From: Elusimicrobiota bacterium
GTDB taxonomy: Bacteria; Elusimicrobiota; Elusimicrobia; UBA1565
DNA length: 64,000 bases
Assembly (NCBI GenBank): GCA_041650695.1
Contig: JBAZKS010000008.1
Span: 6,080-70,079 of the forward strand
Direction: 5' to 3'
A program made the translations under genes and the position numbers. The notes beneath the pieces are model-generated. The model did no database searches, was not told where the DNA came from, and was given only the letters and a program-made list of their open reading frames with translations. Shown here one piece after another: positions 61,736 through 64,000 of the stretch; the first letter of the stretch is position 1, and the number at the start of each line of letters is the position of its first letter.

Positions 61736-62287
61736 GTGTCCAAGACTCCAGCCGAGGAGTTTGTGGAACGGAACGCGAAAATGGTCTACAACCTGGCGCT
61801 GCGCCTGCTGGGGCGGGAAGCGGATGCCGAGGACCTCGCGCAGGATTCCCTGCTCCGAGCCCTGAAGGCCCTGCCCTCGTTCAAGGGCGAGTCCTCCGAG
61901 ACGACCTGGGTATACCGCATCACGGTGAACACCTGGAAGAACCGGGTGCGCTCCGAGAAGCGCCGCGGCCTCTGGAAGCTGATGCCCCTAGACCTCCTGT
62001 TCGGCTCGGACGACGACGACTCCGGGCGGGAGGAGACAATCCCGGCCAAGGACGCCCCTCTTGACGCCTCCCTGTCGAGCGCCGAGACGTCCGAGCAGGT
62101 GCAGAAGGCCCTGCTGGAGCTCGACGAGGAGTCCCGGGCCGTGGTGGTGCTGCGCGAACTGCAGGAGCTTTCCTATGAGGACATCGCCGCAGCCCTCGAT
62201 ATCCCGGAGGGGACCGTGAAATCGAGGCTTTCGCGCGCACGCGAGGCGCTCAAAAAACGCCTGTCCAGATTCGTGGAGGTCGGATGA
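61736..62287 (+). CDS. ECF sigma factor (sigma-70 family)
   Basis: GTG start with a GGAGGA SD 7 nt upstream. Region 2 LAQDSLLRALKALPSFKG...WVYRITVN and region 4 LRELQELSYEDIAAALDIPEGTVKSRLSRAR. Confidence 0.85.
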   Translation: MSKTPAEEFVERNAKMVYNLALRLLGREADAEDLAQDSLLRALKALPSFKGESSETTWVYRITVNTWKNRVRSEKRRGLWKLMPLDLLFGSDDDDSGREETIPAKDAPLDASLSSAETSEQVQKALLELDEESRAVVVLRELQELSYEDIAAALDIPEGTVKSRLSRAREALKKRLSRFVEVG

Positions 62288-63765
62288 GCGAACACGTGCG
62301 GGATCTGCTTTCTTCCTACGTAGACGGAGCCCTCCCCGCCGCGGACCGCGCCCGCGTGGACAAGCACCTCCACGGGTGCAAGCAGTGCTCGGAAGAGCTC
62401 GAGGGGCTCAAGAAGGTCTCCAAGATGGTCTCGTCGCTTCCGCGGAAGGAGCTTCCCCCGGGCTTCATGGACAGGCTCAAGGCCAAGATGAAGGCGGAAG
62501 AGAAAAAGCCCGCGGCCTCGACCGGGTTCTCGCTGCCTTTCAGCCTGCCCAAGCTCTCCGTCCCGATGAGAGTCGCGGCTTTCGCCGCGACCGGAGTGCT
62601 GGTCTGCCTGATCACGTTCCGGGAGATCAAGTTCAGGATGGCCCCGTCCATCCTGCCCGATTCCATGGACCTGGCCGCGCCCATGACCGCCGGCGCCGCG
62701 GATACGGAAGTGGACCGATATATGGCCAGCCAGAGCGCCGCGGGCGCACGGGAGAGAGGCATGTGGTCCGGCCTGGAGCAGTCCGCGGAGAACGCCGGAG
62801 CGTCGGTGAAGGAGGACCTCAACTCCCTGCGGCGCAAGCTGGAGACGCGTGGAGTCTTGGACCTCAAATTCGCCAAGAAGAGCCTCCGCCGCATAGGCGC
62901 TCCGGTGGCCGCCGAAGCTGCGCGCGGGTCGGCCGACATGACCAGCTCGAACGAGGACCTCCAGGGATTCCTGCAGAATGAGCGCCGGCGCATGGGCATC
63001 CAGGAGATCATCCCGCCGTCCGCCGCGCCGGACCCGAAGGAAGTGTCGCCGGGTCTGGCCATGCCCCCCGGGCCGCAAGGCAACGCCTGGGAAGGCGTGC
63101 CGGACAGGCCCATGTCCCGGGAAGAGGCCATGGCGGGCGTGCGGCAGATGGCGTCGAACCTCTCCCGCATGAACGAGAACTACCGGTGGCAGAAGAACCC
63201 GACCGTTCCCATGGACACCGGGTTCTCGAGCAAGCCCAAGATACTCGCCTCCAAGAGCAAATCCCAGCCCCTGGGCGCGAAAGAGGGCGCCCCGGCCAAA
63301 ACGGCGGATCACCTGACCTCGCCTCTCGCCGAGGCCAAGGGCGGGGGCGCCGCCGTGGCCTCGGGCGACTCCTTCGCCTTCGTCAAGAAAGAGACGCTCG
63401 TGCGCAGACCCCTCTACTGGACGCGGACCTGGTCCAACAGGCAGGGCGGGATGGGGACGGCCGGCGGGGCCGTCATCCGCAGACCGGACCACTTCGAGGA
63501 CCTCTGGAGCCGGGTCAAGTTCGAGCCCGCGCTCCCTCCCGTGGATTTCAATAAGAATATGGTCGTGGCCGTGTTCGCCGAGCACTCCGAGACGGAGAGC
63601 CGTTCCGTGGAGATCGTCTCGCTGATCGAGGAGGACGGCCGCATATTCATCCGATTCCGCGTGAAGACCGACGAGTCCGCGGGCGCGGTCAAGCCTACGG
63701 ACCCCTACCACGTCGTCATCGTCCCGGCCTCGGACCTGCCCTACACCTTCACCCAGGTCGACTAG
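62284..63765 (+). CDS. Anti-sigma factor with N-terminal zinc-finger (zf-HC2-like), one TM and a large extracytoplasmic domain
   Basis: N-terminus LSSYVDGALPAADRARVDKHLHGCKQCSEEL (HxxxCxxC). ATGA overlap with the sigma gene. TM segment VAAFAATGVLVCLI. Confidence 0.7.
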   Translation: MSEHVRDLLSSYVDGALPAADRARVDKHLHGCKQCSEELEGLKKVSKMVSSLPRKELPPGFMDRLKAKMKAEEKKPAASTGFSLPFSLPKLSVPMRVAAFAATGVLVCLITFREIKFRMAPSILPDSMDLAAPMTAGAADTEVDRYMASQSAAGARERGMWSGLEQSAENAGASVKEDLNSLRRKLETRGVLDLKFAKKSLRRIGAPVAAEAARGSADMTSSNEDLQGFLQNERRRMGIQEIIPPSAAPDPKEVSPGLAMPPGPQGNAWEGVPDRPMSREEAMAGVRQMASNLSRMNENYRWQKNPTVPMDTGFSSKPKILASKSKSQPLGAKEGAPAKTADHLTSPLAEAKGGGAAVASGDSFAFVKKETLVRRPLYWTRTWSNRQGGMGTAGGAVIRRPDHFEDLWSRVKFEPALPPVDFNKNMVVAVFAEHSETESRSVEIVSLIEEDGRIFIRFRVKTDESAGAVKPTDPYHVVIVPASDLPYTFTQVD

Positions 63766-63961
63766 ACTTATCCACGATACCGCCGAAATGACGGTGGCCA
63801 TATTGCGAGGGCCCGGCGCCTCAGGGCAAGAAGTCCGTACCCCCGCTGAATAAACCGGCGGATAGGCGGCTAGGGCTGGACTGTGGGCGCTCAACCACAG
63901 TCGAGGCGGGAACCTTTCTCCTCCCCCGGTGTCTCAATCTGCGACAGGTGAAGGAGGCTTC

Positions 63962-64000
63962 ATGAAGACCACCTTGATCCGCAGGTTCATCGCGACGACG
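63962..64000 (+). CDS. Partial CDS, 5' end only, running off the window
   Basis: GAAGGAGG SD 6 nt upstream of ATG 63962, reading MKTTLIRRFIATT... Confidence 0.3.
   Translation, partial: MKTTLIRRFIATT

Noticed and set aside
63766-63961. Possible tRNA or ncRNA in the intergenic region before the last partial gene
   Set aside because: No cloverleaf-compatible arms or T-loop (GTTCRANYC) consensus are present. Only a weak 6-bp inverted repeat (CTGTGG...CCACAG) was seen.

Overview
This is a high-GC (roughly two-thirds G+C) bacterial chromosomal segment from a diderm (Gram-negative-type) organism. It is densely packed with genes, and many adjacent genes have 4-nt ATGA/GTGA start-stop overlaps. Because of the GC content, the six-frame track is full of long antisense 'ghost' ORFs; these were discarded wherever a recognisable protein reads on the opposite strand.

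The main blocks are:

- **1-17140, minus strand.** An ECF sigma factor with a TPR partner, then a long co-directional gene string. It runs from pilMNOPQ (type IVa pilus secretin and assembly) into a Wzy_C/O-antigen-ligase-like protein, two tandem YfhO-like GT-C membrane proteins, a flippase-like membrane protein, a Trm112-like-ribbon/SAM methyltransferase, a GT4 glycosyltransferase, an AsnB-type amidotransferase and a PK_C-like protein. I read this as a candidate pilin/surface-glycan locus.
- **17338-25650, plus strand.** A 7-gene operon built around myo-inositol-1-phosphate synthase. It contains a HAD/NTP-transferase fusion, an ATP-grasp protein, a class-III aminotransferase, a Gfo/Idh/MocA oxidoreductase, a tri-domain protein (cyclase-like, degenerate NTase-like, CDP-alcohol phosphatidyltransferase) and a GNAT. 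This is the most interesting candidate for an undescribed inositol-derived solute or lipid-headgroup pathway.
- **25736-37441, plus strand.** An outer-membrane and lipid A block: bamA, skp, lpxD, lpxC, fabZ, lpxA, lpxI, an embedded Gfo/Idh/MocA oxidoreductase, lpxB, a RelA/SpoT-family gene and a cNMP-binding protein.
- **Two-component systems.** These include a 1202-aa CheB-CheR-PAS-histidine kinase fusion with an OmpR regulator.
- **Other genes.** A B12-radical-SAM enzyme, an lpxL-like acyltransferase, yjbQ, recG, metH, coaD, rpmB, a DUF350 protein, and a second ECF sigma/anti-sigma pair at the 3' end.
- **~56380-57760.** A striking AT-rich island containing an 18-bp perfect palindrome, followed by a truncated DUF222/HNH-like ORF and 3.5 copies of a 63-bp hairpin-containing tandem repeat. 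This is a probable remnant of foreign or mobile DNA.

No rRNA, tRNA or CRISPR array was recognised.
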